Counted from the first letter of the stretch, positions 40,604 through 50,814 are shown. The stretch: DNA of 64,000 nt from an uncultured Hyphomicrobium sp. (GCF_902826555.1 NZ_CADEFI010000001.1:136971-200970); one strand, 5' to 3'. Numbers and translations: made by a program. Notes: generated by a model from the sequence alone, not told the origin.

Positions 40604-40701
40604 GCTAATCGCTGTCCGCGGCGCCAGGGCGGTTGCGCGGGGGACGCACTTCCGTCAGGTTGGCGACCGTTTCCAGTTTCAATCCCGGATCCAATCGCGT
40701 C

Positions 40702-42066
40702 ATGGCTGCGACGGACTTCGACCTCTTCGTCATCGGCGGCGGCTCGGGCGGCGTGCGCGCGGCGCGCATCGCGGCCGGCTACGGCGCCAAAGTTGCGCTG
40801 GCCGAGCACGACCGCTTCGGTGGTACGTGCGTCATTCGCGGCTGCGTGCCGAAGAAGCTGCTCGTCTACGCGTCGCGCTTCGGCGACGAGTTCGAGGATG
40901 CCCGCGGCTTCGGCTGGACGAGCGGTCCGGCAACCTTCGATTGGGGGAAGCTGATCGCCAACAAGGATCGCGAGATCCATCGTCTCGAAGGCATCTACGA
41001 GGGCAATCTCAAGGCGAAGAGCGTCGAGACCTTCACGATGCGGGCGCGGCTCGATGGGCCGGGGACCGTCAAGCTCGCCGACGGGCGGCGGATCACGGCG
41101 CGCATCATCCTGATCGCGACCGGCGGTGCTCCGTCGCGCTACGGCGACATTCCGGGCGCCGATCACATCGTGACATCGAATGAAATTTTCGAGCTGCCGT
41201 CACTGCCGAAGAGGATCGCCGTTTGCGGCGGCGGCTACATCGCCGTCGAGTTCGCATCGATCTTTGCCGGGCTCGGTGTCGAGACGACGCTGATCCATCG
41301 CCGGGACAAAGTCTTGCGCGGGTTCGACGAGGATTTGCGCGATGGGCTCATGGAGGCGCTCAAGGCGCGGGGCATCATGCTGCTGATGAACGAGTCGCTG
41401 GTCGGCGTCGCACAAGATGTCGGATGCTTCCGGCTGGCGCTGCACAGCGGTGCGGCGATCGAGACCGATCTCGTGCTCTCCGCCATCGGGCGGGAGCCTG
41501 CGACGCACGATCTCGGACTCGAGACGGCCGGCGTTCGCACGGGGGCCAAGGGCGAGATCATCGTCGACAGCCTCTCGCAGACGACGGCGCCCGGCATCTA
41601 TGCCGTGGGCGACGTGACCGATCGCGTCAATCTCACGCCGGTCGCAATCCGGGAGGGGCACGCGTTCGCCGATACGGTGTTCGGCAAAAAGACGACGCAG
41701 GTCGATCATTCGCTGGTGCCGACCGCCGTCTTCACGACGCCGGAGCTCGCAACGGTGGGGTTGTCCGAGGAGGCGGCTCGCGAGCTGGGCCATGAACTCG
41801 ACATCTACAAGTCGCGCTTCCGTCCCTTGCGCAACACGGTTTCGGGGCGCAACGAGCGCATGCTGATGAAGCTGGTCGTCGACCGGGCGACGGAGCGTGT
41901 ACTCGGCTGTCACGTGTTGGGGCCCGACGCGGCCGAGATCGTGCAGATGGCCGGCGTGGCGCTGACGCTCGGTGCGCGCAAGGCGGACTTCGATGCCACG
42001 GTGGCCCTGCATCCGTCCGCTGCGGAAGAGCTCGTGACGATGCGCGAGAAATGGGCGCCGGCCTGA
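40702..42066 (+). CDS. gor: Glutathione-disulfide reductase
   Basis: FDLFVIGGGSGGVRAAR...GGTCVIRGCVPKK (redox-active disulfide), an NADPH-binding GGGYIAVEFA motif and a C-terminal dimerisation domain with HPSAAEE. Confidence 0.9.
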   Translation: MAATDFDLFVIGGGSGGVRAARIAAGYGAKVALAEHDRFGGTCVIRGCVPKKLLVYASRFGDEFEDARGFGWTSGPATFDWGKLIANKDREIHRLEGIYEGNLKAKSVETFTMRARLDGPGTVKLADGRRITARIILIATGGAPSRYGDIPGADHIVTSNEIFELPSLPKRIAVCGGGYIAVEFASIFAGLGVETTLIHRRDKVLRGFDEDLRDGLMEALKARGIMLLMNESLVGVAQDVGCFRLALHSGAAIETDLVLSAIGREPATHDLGLETAGVRTGAKGEIIVDSLSQTTAPGIYAVGDVTDRVNLTPVAIREGHAFADTVFGKKTTQVDHSLVPTAVFTTPELATVGLSEEAARELGHELDIYKSRFRPLRNTVSGRNERMLMKLVVDRATERVLGCHVLGPDAAEIVQMAGVALTLGARKADFDATVALHPSAAEELVTMREKWAPA

Positions 42067-42087
42067 GAGAATGAATAGAGAGACGCA

Positions 42088-42843
42088 ATGACGCGATTGA
42101 ATGACAAGGTGGCCATCGTGACGGGAGCGGGGGCCGGCATCGGCCGCGCGATCGCGGGCCTTTTCGCCGCCGAAGGCGCGCATGTCTACGTCACCGACGT
42201 CAACGGCGAGAGCGCCGTCGCAGTTGCGGACGACCTCAAGGGGCAGGGTCTCAAGGCGACGGCCATGACAGTGGACGTTTCGCGCGGTCAGGATGTGACG
42301 GCGCTCTATCGCGATGTCGAGCGGGCGTTCGGCCGCGCCGACGTGGTGGTGAACAATGCCGGGCTCAACGTGCGGGCGGATTTCCGGCATCTGACGGACG
42401 CGGACTGGGTGAAGATCCGGGAAGTGAACCTCGACGGCGTGGTGCGCATCGCGCGCGATGCGTTCTCCCTTCTCAAGGCTTCGGGCGCCGGTTCGCTGAT
42501 CAATGTGTCGTCGATCATGGGCCAGCGCGGATTGCGGCAGCTCGCCGGCTATTCCGCAACCAAGGGCGCCGTGACGGCGCTGACGAAGGCGCTGGCCGTC
42601 GAGTATGCGCCGTACGGTATCCGCGTGAACTCGCTGGCGCCGGGTTATATCGACACGGCGCTCACCGAGCGGTTTCTCAAAAATCCGCTCGTCGCCAAAG
42701 CGCTGCTCGACAAGACGCCGATGCGCCGCTTCGGCACGGCCGAGGAGATCGCACGGGCGGCGTTGTTCTTCGCGAGCGAGGACTCAGCCTACGTCACCGG
42801 CGCGGAGTTGGCCGTCGACGGCGGCATGACGGCCGGTCTCTGA
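42088..42843 (+). CDS. Short-chain dehydrogenase/reductase (SDR)
   Basis: TGAGAGIGRA cofactor motif, NNAG, and catalytic S...YSATKGAV. Confidence 0.9.
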   Translation: MTRLNDKVAIVTGAGAGIGRAIAGLFAAEGAHVYVTDVNGESAVAVADDLKGQGLKATAMTVDVSRGQDVTALYRDVERAFGRADVVVNNAGLNVRADFRHLTDADWVKIREVNLDGVVRIARDAFSLLKASGAGSLINVSSIMGQRGLRQLAGYSATKGAVTALTKALAVEYAPYGIRVNSLAPGYIDTALTERFLKNPLVAKALLDKTPMRRFGTAEEIARAALFFASEDSAYVTGAELAVDGGMTAGL

Positions 42844-43401
42844 GATCAGGCGTGCGGGCTTCGGCCCAGGATTTTGAGCGATGGCGCTGCATTGAGGCGT
42901 CCCACCCGTACCGGTTGGCGGCGTGCCTTGACGGAGATTTCGTCCGCATCCTTGCGGGGCTCGCTCGATTGCTTCGGTACGAGCGCCTTTCTCAGCGGCT
43001 TGACGCGAAACGGTGGAAGCGGTCGCAGCACATTCCCCTCCATGACCTCTGATGCCCCGCCCCCCGGCGAGGTCGCACGATCTAGCACTCCGGTCACGTC
43101 AGCGGCAATGGATCCGGCGCGAAGGCGAGTGATCCCTGCCGCCCGATCGGCGATCGAGCGCGTCTCGATTTCTCAGCAATCGCCATGCCAAGGCGATGGG
43201 CTTCGCGAAAGTCGTGATAGCTCAGGGCGCTCGCTTGTCATGCTGCACCTGCGTCGTCGCACGGAGGCTAAAGCGGTCCAAAGTTTTGGCGCAGAGTGCC
43301 TATAAGGATGGCACGAGCTGTGCCGGCTCTTGCAAACGACTGGCACTTTTGCTGCCTCTAGAGCTATGTTCTCACCGACGAGAACCAACACGGGTGCCTC
43401 C

Positions 43402-44424
43402 ATGCGCTATGAAGACGACGACCGCCAGAGCAACAACGTCGACGACCGCCGCGGCAAGGGCGGTGGCGGCTTCCGCTTTCCGGGCGGAGGCGGAGGGCGG
43501 GGCATCCAGATTCCGATCGGCGGCAAGGGCGGAATGAGCTTCACGACGCTCTTGATCCTCGGCGCGATCATGCTGTTCTTCGGCATCAATCCGCTCGAGG
43601 TTCTTCTCGGCGGCGGTCAGGGTTTCCCCGACATTCAGCTTCCCCAGCAGCAGGAGGCGCCGCGGCGCACGAGCGAGCGCAATCCGTTCGATATTCCGGG
43701 GCTGCCGGGATCGGAGCCTTCCGCTCAACAGCAGCCGCAGCAGCCCGGCGGTGGACAGGCGCAGCAAGTCCCCAAGTCGGAGGACGCGATGAAGGTCTTC
43801 ATTTCGCGTGTGCTCGCGGATACGGAGGACGTCTGGAACCGGGTCTTCGAGAGCTTCGGCAAGAAGTACAAGGAGCCGCAGCTGGTGCTGTTCTCGGGCG
43901 GAACGCAGACGGCGTGCGGCACCGGCATGTCCGCCATGGGGCCGTTCTATTGTCCGCTCGATCAGAAGGTCTACGTGGACCTCGTGTTCTATGACGAGCT
44001 GAAGCGGCGTTTCAACGCGCCGGGTGACTTTGCCCAGGCTTATGTCATCGCGCACGAGGTCGGCCACCACGTGCAGACGCTGCTCGGAATCTCCGATCAG
44101 GTGCAGCGGGCAAAGTCGCGGGTGGACGAGCGCGAGGGCAACCGGATCCAGGTGATGATGGAGCTGCAGGCGGACTGCCTTGCGGGCGTGTGGGCCAATC
44201 TCAACGATCAGCTCAAGAGCCGCCTCGAGGATGGCGACATCGACGAGGCGCTCAACGCGGCGAGCCAGATCGGCGACGACATGATTCAGAAGCGGACGCA
44301 GGGGCGGGTGGTGCCCGATGCTTTCACCCACGGCTCGGCCAAGCAGCGCGTCGATTGGTTTACGCGCGGCTTCAAGTCGGGTGAGATGAAGGCGTGCGAC
44401 ACCTTCAACTCGGGTGACCTTTAG
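43402..44424 (+). CDS. ypfJ: YpfJ-family neutral zinc metallopeptidase (membrane-anchored)
   Basis: MRYEDDDRQSNNVDDRRGKGGGG..., one TM helix, and the HEVGHHVQ zinc motif. Confidence 0.88.
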   Translation: MRYEDDDRQSNNVDDRRGKGGGGFRFPGGGGGRGIQIPIGGKGGMSFTTLLILGAIMLFFGINPLEVLLGGGQGFPDIQLPQQQEAPRRTSERNPFDIPGLPGSEPSAQQQPQQPGGGQAQQVPKSEDAMKVFISRVLADTEDVWNRVFESFGKKYKEPQLVLFSGGTQTACGTGMSAMGPFYCPLDQKVYVDLVFYDELKRRFNAPGDFAQAYVIAHEVGHHVQTLLGISDQVQRAKSRVDEREGNRIQVMMELQADCLAGVWANLNDQLKSRLEDGDIDEALNAASQIGDDMIQKRTQGRVVPDAFTHGSAKQRVDWFTRGFKSGEMKACDTFNSGDL

Positions 44425-44446
44425 GCACGCCGAGCGTTCCGACAAA

Positions 44447-44483
44447 GAAAAACCCCTCTCGCTTTGGCGAGAGGGGTTTTTTG
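44447..44483. terminator. Bidirectional rho-independent terminator between the convergent ypfJ and SPOR genes
   Basis: AAAAACCCCTCTCGC-TTTG-GCGAGAGGGGTTTTTT. A perfect 10-bp GC-rich stem flanked by an A-tract and a T-tract. Confidence 0.85.
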
Positions 44484-44506
44484 TTTCCGAGGGCGAGTAG
44501 GGAGCG

Positions 44507-45346
44507 TTAGAGCGCGTCGCCGGTGAAGCGGCTCACGGCGCAGGGCGTCCCCTTCATCGCCAGCTCCTGACAGAGCTTCTTGCCCTCGTCCGCAGAGGCG
44601 ACGGGGCCAACGATCAGATCGTAGGTCTGCTCGGAGCCCGACATGTCCGTCGTATAGCGCGGCTCGAAGCCGTTGAGGCCGGCGCCGTGACGCTCCTTGA
44701 GAAGCGTCCAGCTCAGACGAAGGCTGTCGACCGAGGGGCCGGTGGCGATCTGGACACCGACCTGGCCGCCGATGTTGGCCTCGGCCGGCGCATTGGCGTG
44801 GGTGACCGTGGGCGCGCCGAAGGTGATGGCGCCCGCCGCCGGTTGGGCGACGCTCCCGGTTTCGATCTCGGGCTTTGCAGCCGCCTTCTTGGCGGCGGCC
44901 TCCTTGGCGGCCGCCTCCTTGGCTGCCTTCTTGGCGGCGGCGGCTTCCTTGGCTTTGGCCTGCGGATCGGCGGCCGCGATCTTCTGCGGCTCGGCCGGCA
45001 CGGTCTCGAGCGTGGCGACGCGGCTCGTGAGGTCGCGCGTGGCGTCGGTCTGGCTCGAGACTTGGGCGCGGATCTCGATCAGCTCGTTTCGGAACAGGTC
45101 GACGGTGTCGCGGAGCGCGCGCACTTCGGCGGTGGTTTCGCCGATCGCCTTCTGCGTGGCCTCGTTTTCCGCCGTTTTCGGGCCTGCGCCGAGGAAGCGC
45201 GCGACCATGCTGGGCTGGGTAGCGAGCAAGATCAGATAGAGAATCGAGGCGAACGCGGCCGCCACCCAAAGGAGCGAATATTTCGTCAGCCTGCCGCCCA
45301 CCGTCACGTGCGGCGAACTCGGCTGCGGGAAGCTTTTCTCGGTCAT
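44507..45346 (-). CDS. SPOR domain-containing membrane protein
   Basis: N-terminal TM helix, coiled-coil region, AAKE/AAKK low-complexity repeat, and a C-terminal SPOR-like fold (VGVQIATGPSVDSLRLSW...YDLIVGPVASADEGKKLCQEL). Confidence 0.8.
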   Translation of the reverse strand: MTEKSFPQPSSPHVTVGGRLTKYSLLWVAAAFASILYLILLATQPSMVARFLGAGPKTAENEATQKAIGETTAEVRALRDTVDLFRNELIEIRAQVSSQTDATRDLTSRVATLETVPAEPQKIAAADPQAKAKEAAAAKKAAKEAAAKEAAAKKAAAKPEIETGSVAQPAAGAITFGAPTVTHANAPAEANIGGQVGVQIATGPSVDSLRLSWTLLKERHGAGLNGFEPRYTTDMSGSEQTYDLIVGPVASADEGKKLCQELAMKGTPCAVSRFTGDAL

Positions 45347-45669
45347 GATTTGCTTTCCGGACCCTACTGCTATGGAGGCCTCTTACCGCTCGATCCGGGG
45401 GCGCGGCTTGCCCCGCGGTCCGGGCGAGGCGACCTCAACCCTCCTACGGTGGTGTCTGAGTCGCCCCCGGAGGGTCAACGTGCGGGCTGATGCAACTGTG
45501 GACGATCTGGGGATATCGGCCGGGTCTCCGGAGCCGGGTCCGGCCCGGTCCCATTTGCGATCCGGGATGGGGGGCGATAGCTTGCTCGGCGGATTCGCTC
45601 ACCTGTCGCGTTTCCTTCGAATAGCCGCCGTATCCCGTTCGGCAGATCGTTCCAGCCCAGGATCCTCCC

Positions 45670-47028
45670 ATGAGCCGATCGTTGCTCACCGTCATCCTTG
45701 CCGCAGGCAAGGGAACGCGCATGCGTTCCGATCTTCCCAAGGTGCTGCATCGCATCGCGGGGCGCTCGATGCTGGGCCACGTGCTGGCGCTGGCGCAGGC
45801 CGTCGGTGGCGACAAGTTGGCGGTGGTTGTCGGCCCGGGCATGGACAGCGTCAGAAAAGAGGCGCTGGCGGGGGCGCGCGATGCCTCCGTCTACGTGCAG
45901 GAGAACCAGCTCGGGACCGCCGACGCGGTGCTCGCGGCACGCGATGCCATTGCGGGGCATGACGGCGATCTTCTCGTGCTTTATGCCGACACGCCGCTTC
46001 TCAGGGCCGAGACCATTCGCATGCTGATCGGCGAATTGGACCGTGGTGCGCAGCTCGCCGTGCTGGGCTTCGAGGCGCGCGATCCTGGGAGCTACGGCCG
46101 CCTCGTCACCGCGACGGACGGCACGCTCACTGCCATCCGCGAAGCGAAGGATGCGACCGCCGCCGAGCTTGCTATCCGGCTCTGCAACTCGGGCGTGATG
46201 GCGTTCCGGTTGCAGAACCCGCTCGAGGTGCTCGGCAAGATCGGCAACGCCAACGCCAAAGGCGAGTTCTATCTTACGGATGCCGTCGAGATCGTGCGGG
46301 CCGGAGGAGGGCGCGCGGCCGTCGTCGTGTGCGACGAGGACGAGGTGCTCGGCGTCAACGCGCGCCGCGAGCTTGCCGCCGCCGAGGCGATCTGGCAGGG
46401 CCGCGCACGCGAGCGCGTGATGGCCGAGGGGGCGACGTTGATTGCGCCGGAAACGGTCTGGCTCGCGTTCGACACCGTGCTCGGGCGCGACGTCGTGATC
46501 GAGCCCAACGTATTCTTCGGCCCCGGGGTCACGGTCGAGGACGGCGCCGAGATCAAGGCCAACTCGCATCTGGAAGGGGCGCGGGTCGGTGCCGGCGCGC
46601 GTGTCGGCCCGTTCGCGCGGCTGAGGCCCGGCGCGGTGCTGGGGCGTGACGTGCACGTCGGAAACTTCGTCGAGGTCAAGAATGCCGCGCTCGGCGACGG
46701 GGCCAAGGCCAATCATCTGTCCTATCTCGGAGATGGATCCGTCGGCGCCAAGGCCAACATCGGCGCGGGGACGATCTTCTGCAACTACGACGGCTTCCTG
46801 AAGCACAAGACCGAGGTCGGGGAGGGCGCGTTCGTTGGGTCGAACACGGCGCTGGTGGCTCCGGTCAAAGTCGGAGCCGGCGCCTACATCGGCTCGGGCA
46901 GCGTCATTACCAAGGACGTGGCTCCGGGGGCGCTGGCGCTCGAGCGGAGCGTGCAGGAGGAGCGGCCGGGCTGGGCCGAGAAGTTCCGCACCTTGATGGC
47001 TCGGCGCAAGGCGGCCGCAAACAAGTAA
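45670..47028 (+). CDS. glmU: Bifunctional UDP-N-acetylglucosamine diphosphorylase / glucosamine-1-phosphate N-acetyltransferase
   Basis: LAAGKGTRMRSDLPKVLH N-terminal motif and C-terminal left-handed beta-helix hexapeptide repeats. 452 aa. Confidence 0.95.
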   Translation: MSRSLLTVILAAGKGTRMRSDLPKVLHRIAGRSMLGHVLALAQAVGGDKLAVVVGPGMDSVRKEALAGARDASVYVQENQLGTADAVLAARDAIAGHDGDLLVLYADTPLLRAETIRMLIGELDRGAQLAVLGFEARDPGSYGRLVTATDGTLTAIREAKDATAAELAIRLCNSGVMAFRLQNPLEVLGKIGNANAKGEFYLTDAVEIVRAGGGRAAVVVCDEDEVLGVNARRELAAAEAIWQGRARERVMAEGATLIAPETVWLAFDTVLGRDVVIEPNVFFGPGVTVEDGAEIKANSHLEGARVGAGARVGPFARLRPGAVLGRDVHVGNFVEVKNAALGDGAKANHLSYLGDGSVGAKANIGAGTIFCNYDGFLKHKTEVGEGAFVGSNTALVAPVKVGAGAYIGSGSVITKDVAPGALALERSVQEERPGWAEKFRTLMARRKAAANK

Positions 47029-47155
47029 AGACGGGATTAGGAACGGTTAAGATTCGACATATTGTTTGATTTGAAAGGGTGCGCGCCGTTTCGTAGGCAA
47101 TCAAACTGTTCCTGCTAGGGTTCCTCCTTTCCTCCGCATAGCAAAGGTTCCACGA

Positions 47156-48976
47156 ATGTGTGGCATCGTCGGCATTCTCGGCAGCAAACCCGTGGCGACG
47201 GATCTCGTCGACGCGCTGCGGAGGCTCGAATACCGGGGCTATGACAGCGCGGGCGTGGCCACGGTCGAGAACGGACACCTCGAGCGGCGCCGCGCGGAAG
47301 GCAAGCTCCGCAATCTCGAATCACGACTGTTGACGGAGCCCCTCACCGGACGCACCGGGATCGGGCATACGCGCTGGGCAACCCACGGGCGGCCGACGGA
47401 GCGCAATGCGCATCCGCACATGAGCGCCAAGGTTTCGGTGGTTCACAACGGCATCATCGAGAATTTCCGCGAGCTCAAGGCCGAGCTGACCGGCAAAGGA
47501 CACACCTTCGAGACGGACACCGATACCGAAGCCGTCGTGCACCTCGTCACCGAGGAGATGCAGGGGGGGCGCGGGCCGATCGATGCGGTCAAGGCGGCGC
47601 TCGGCAAGCTCAAGGGCGCCTTCGCGCTCGGCATCATCTTCGCCGGAGAGGACGATCTCATGATCGCGGCCCGGCAGGGGAGCCCGCTCGCCATCGGACA
47701 CGGCCGCGGGGAAATGTATCTCGGCAGCGATGCCATCGCGCTCGCGCCCTTCACGGACGCGATCACCTATCTCGAGGAAGGCGACTGGGCGGTGATGCGC
47801 CGCTCGGGGGTCGAGGTGTTCGACCGCGCCGGGGAATGCGTCAAGCGTCCGCTCATCAAGTCGGTCGCGAGCTCGCTGCTCGTCGACAAGGGCAATCACC
47901 GCCACTTCATGGCCAAGGAGATCCACGAGCAGCCGGATGTCATCAGCCACACGCTGTCGAACTACATCGACATGGCGAATGGGCGCGTGAATTTCCCGGA
48001 TCTCGGCATCGATCTGACCAAGATCTCGCGGGTGACGATCTCGGCGTGCGGCACGGCCTACTATGCCGGTCTGGTCGGCAAGTACTGGATCGAGCGTTAT
48101 GCGCGGCTTCCGGTCGAGATCGACGTCGCGTCCGAGTTGCGCTATCGCGAGGCGCCGCTGCCCGAAGGGGGGCTGGCGCTCTTCGTGTCGCAGTCCGGCG
48201 AAACGGCGGATACGCTGGCGACGCTCAGGTATGCGCGTGCCAACGGGCAGCGCATCGCGTCCATCGTCAACGTTCGCACGTCGACAATCGCCCGCGAGTC
48301 CGATGCGGTGCTGCCGACGCTTGCAGGGCCAGAGATCGGCGTCGCGTCGACCAAGGCGTTCACCTGTCAGCTAGCGGCGCTCGCCTGCCTCGCCATCGCG
48401 CTGGGCAAGGCGCGCGGCACAATCGACGAGGCGCTCGAGCAGGAGCTGGTCACGGCACTGGTCGAAGTTCCGCGCCTGATCTCCTCGATGCTGCGCGACG
48501 AGGAGCAGTTCGTCGAGCTGGCGCAGATGCTTTCGAAGGCCCGGGACGTGCTTTATCTCGGGCGAGGGTCGAGCTACCCGCTGGCACTCGAGGGGGCGCT
48601 CAAGCTCAAGGAAATTTCCTACATCCACGCCGAAGGCTATGCCGCCGGAGAGCTCAAGCACGGGCCGATCGCGCTGATCGACGAGAACGTGCCGGTGATC
48701 GTGGTGGCGCCGGAGGACGATCTACTCGAGAAAACCGTTTCGAACGTCCAGGAAGTGGCAGCACGGGGTGGGCAGATCATCCTGATCTCCAACGCGAATC
48801 CCGACAAGATCGGGTGTGCGCTGGCGGCCCATATCACGGCACCCAAGGCCCATGCGTTGACCAATCCGCTGATCTATGCCGTTCCGGTCCAGCTTCTGGC
48901 CTATCATACGGCCGTATTCATGGGGACGGACGTCGATCAGCCGCGCAATCTCGCCAAGTCGGTCACGGTGGAATGA
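47156..48976 (+). CDS. glmS: Glutamine--fructose-6-phosphate aminotransferase
   Basis: MCGIVGILG (N-terminal nucleophile Cys), two SIS domains, and the C-terminal ...LAKSVTVE. Confidence 0.97.
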   Translation: MCGIVGILGSKPVATDLVDALRRLEYRGYDSAGVATVENGHLERRRAEGKLRNLESRLLTEPLTGRTGIGHTRWATHGRPTERNAHPHMSAKVSVVHNGIIENFRELKAELTGKGHTFETDTDTEAVVHLVTEEMQGGRGPIDAVKAALGKLKGAFALGIIFAGEDDLMIAARQGSPLAIGHGRGEMYLGSDAIALAPFTDAITYLEEGDWAVMRRSGVEVFDRAGECVKRPLIKSVASSLLVDKGNHRHFMAKEIHEQPDVISHTLSNYIDMANGRVNFPDLGIDLTKISRVTISACGTAYYAGLVGKYWIERYARLPVEIDVASELRYREAPLPEGGLALFVSQSGETADTLATLRYARANGQRIASIVNVRTSTIARESDAVLPTLAGPEIGVASTKAFTCQLAALACLAIALGKARGTIDEALEQELVTALVEVPRLISSMLRDEEQFVELAQMLSKARDVLYLGRGSSYPLALEGALKLKEISYIHAEGYAAGELKHGPIALIDENVPVIVVAPEDDLLEKTVSNVQEVAARGGQIILISNANPDKIGCALAAHITAPKAHALTNPLIYAVPVQLLAYHTAVFMGTDVDQPRNLAKSVTVE

Positions 48977-49082
48977 GGGGATAAGGGGGTCACCGTATCG
49001 CCCTGGATTTGCCTCTTCCCTGTGTTTGACTTAAACCATCGCGGGGTGCTGCGTTTTTGACCAGGGGCAGGGAATAGAGCGC

Positions 49083-50711
49083 ATGGTGAATGCGACGCAC
49101 GGGTGTGCGGGCCGAAAGGGCCCGGGCAGCACGCCGGCCTATCGTGGATCGGGCCGGGGGACGTGGCTGGCCGCCGCGGCCTTGGCCGTGGTCCTTGGAG
49201 CCCTGCCGTGCGCCGACGGCACCTTTGCCCAAACCAAGAAATCGCAGGCAAAAAAAACGAGCGAAGCACCGGCGCAAGTGGACACGGCCGCGGCGCAGCG
49301 CGCCTATGCCGGAGGCACCAAGGCATTCGACGCCGGCGATATGGCGGGGGCGGAGCAGCAGCTCTCGGTTGCGCTCGCCGGTGGCGGCCTTCCCAACTCG
49401 CAGATGGCGCGGGCGCTTTATCTGCGCGGCGCGGCGTCGCGTCGTCTCGGCAAGCCGGCGCAAGCGATTTCCGATCTCACGACGGCCATGTGGCTCAAGG
49501 GCGGTCTTTCCGAATCCGACAAGACCAAGGTCGCAGAGGAGCGTCAGCTCGCCTACCGCGAGGCCGGGCTCGGTGACACGCCGCCGCCGATCGGCGCTGC
49601 ACCTCTCGATCAAAGCCCGAAGACGCCGGCAACGCCGGCCGCAGCTACTCCGGCATCCGGGGCCCAGATCGTGCAGGTCCAGCCGCAGTCGTTCTGGAAC
49701 AATTTCTCGATGCCGTCCCTGCCGTCGCTGACAGGATCCTCGCAGCCGGCGCAACCGGCGGCGGCCCCGGGCGCAACAACCGCGCAGACGGCTGAGGCGG
49801 GCTCGCAGTCGTCGTTCTGGAGTTTCCTGTCGCCCTCCTCGCCGCCGGCTGACGCCAGCGCCCAGCCAACACCGCCAGCGGCTGACGGTACGGCGCAGAT
49901 CACGGTGACTCAGGGGCCGGTCGCGGATGCGGCTGCTCCGGCGGCTGCTTCGCATTCCAGCTGGGACACGCAGACGGCGGCTGCGGCCGAGGCGTCTGCC
50001 GCGCAGCAGCTTTCGGCCGGTTACGCGCCCGCTGCTCCGTCGAGCGCCGCTCCGGTCGCCGCCCCGTCGATGGGGTATGCTCCAACACATGAGACGGCCG
50101 GCATCAATCCGATGGGCGTGCAGGCCGACGCGTCCGCGCCTCAGGCCTCCTCGATCTCGAACCCGCTCGAGGGCACAGGCACGGCCGTCAGCAACTTCTT
50201 CGGCAACATGTTCGGCGGCAGTTCCGGTGCTTCCGCGCAAAGCGGTAGCGCCGCGGTGACGACCGGCTCGACCGAGCACCCCGGACAATGGGGCCCCGAT
50301 ACGACCGTGGTCACGGCGCAGACGTCATCGATGGTCCAGCGCGGGCCTGACTCGCCGCCTCCTTCGAAGCCGGATGCGCTTCCCTGGGGTGCGGCAAGCG
50401 CTTCCGCGGACGCTTCGCCCCCGCAGGCTGCGGCCGTCAAGACGGCAGCGACGGGCGTGGCCGGCAAATACAAGCTTCAGGTCGCCGCCGTGCGCTCACG
50501 CGAGGAGGCCGAGCGCCTGGCGCAGACCCTCAACGGGTACCAGCCGGTGCGGGACGGCATGGTGACGCCGGAGATCGACGAGGCGGTCATTGGCAGCATG
50601 GGCACGTTCTATCGCGTGCGGCTCGGTCCCTACGCCGATGCGGCTGAGCCGGGCCAGCTCTGCAAGACGCTGAAGCCCCAGGGCTTCGATTGTCTCGTGG
50701 TTACCCAGTAA
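49083..50711 (+). CDS. SPOR domain protein with an N-terminal TPR-like region and a long Pro/Ala/Ser-rich linker
   Basis: Signal/anchor, TPR-like segment (AQRAYAGGTKAFDAGDMAGAEQQL...ARALYLRGAASRRLGKPAQAISDL), and C-terminal SPOR (KYKLQVAAVRSREEAERLAQTL...FYRVRLGPYADAAEPGQLCKTLK). Confidence 0.8.
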   Translation: MVNATHGCAGRKGPGSTPAYRGSGRGTWLAAAALAVVLGALPCADGTFAQTKKSQAKKTSEAPAQVDTAAAQRAYAGGTKAFDAGDMAGAEQQLSVALAGGGLPNSQMARALYLRGAASRRLGKPAQAISDLTTAMWLKGGLSESDKTKVAEERQLAYREAGLGDTPPPIGAAPLDQSPKTPATPAAATPASGAQIVQVQPQSFWNNFSMPSLPSLTGSSQPAQPAAAPGATTAQTAEAGSQSSFWSFLSPSSPPADASAQPTPPAADGTAQITVTQGPVADAAAPAAASHSSWDTQTAAAAEASAAQQLSAGYAPAAPSSAAPVAAPSMGYAPTHETAGINPMGVQADASAPQASSISNPLEGTGTAVSNFFGNMFGGSSGASAQSGSAAVTTGSTEHPGQWGPDTTVVTAQTSSMVQRGPDSPPPSKPDALPWGAASASADASPPQAAAVKTAATGVAGKYKLQVAAVRSREEAERLAQTLNGYQPVRDGMVTPEIDEAVIGSMGTFYRVRLGPYADAAEPGQLCKTLKPQGFDCLVVTQ

Positions 50712-50814
50712 CGCTAGCCGTCCGGGAGCAGTCCCGGCTTATGGCAGAGGCCGCGGCCCGGTTTCGCCCCGCAGAGTTGACGGGACGCCCGGGCGGCTCC
50801 ACGATGGCCGTACG

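Noticed and set aside
42846-43097. 83-aa reverse-strand ORF abutting the SDR stop codon
   Set aside because: Atypical third-position composition, an extremely basic low-complexity product and no recognisable family. Kept as a finding to check, not annotated as a CDS.
45428-45474. Pseudoknot-compatible complementarity upstream of glmU: GGCGAC...CCCTCC...GTCGCC...GGAGGG
   Set aside because: The arms are only 6 nt long and GC-rich. Such matches are expected by chance in this composition, and I recognise no known riboswitch consensus. Noted but not claimed.
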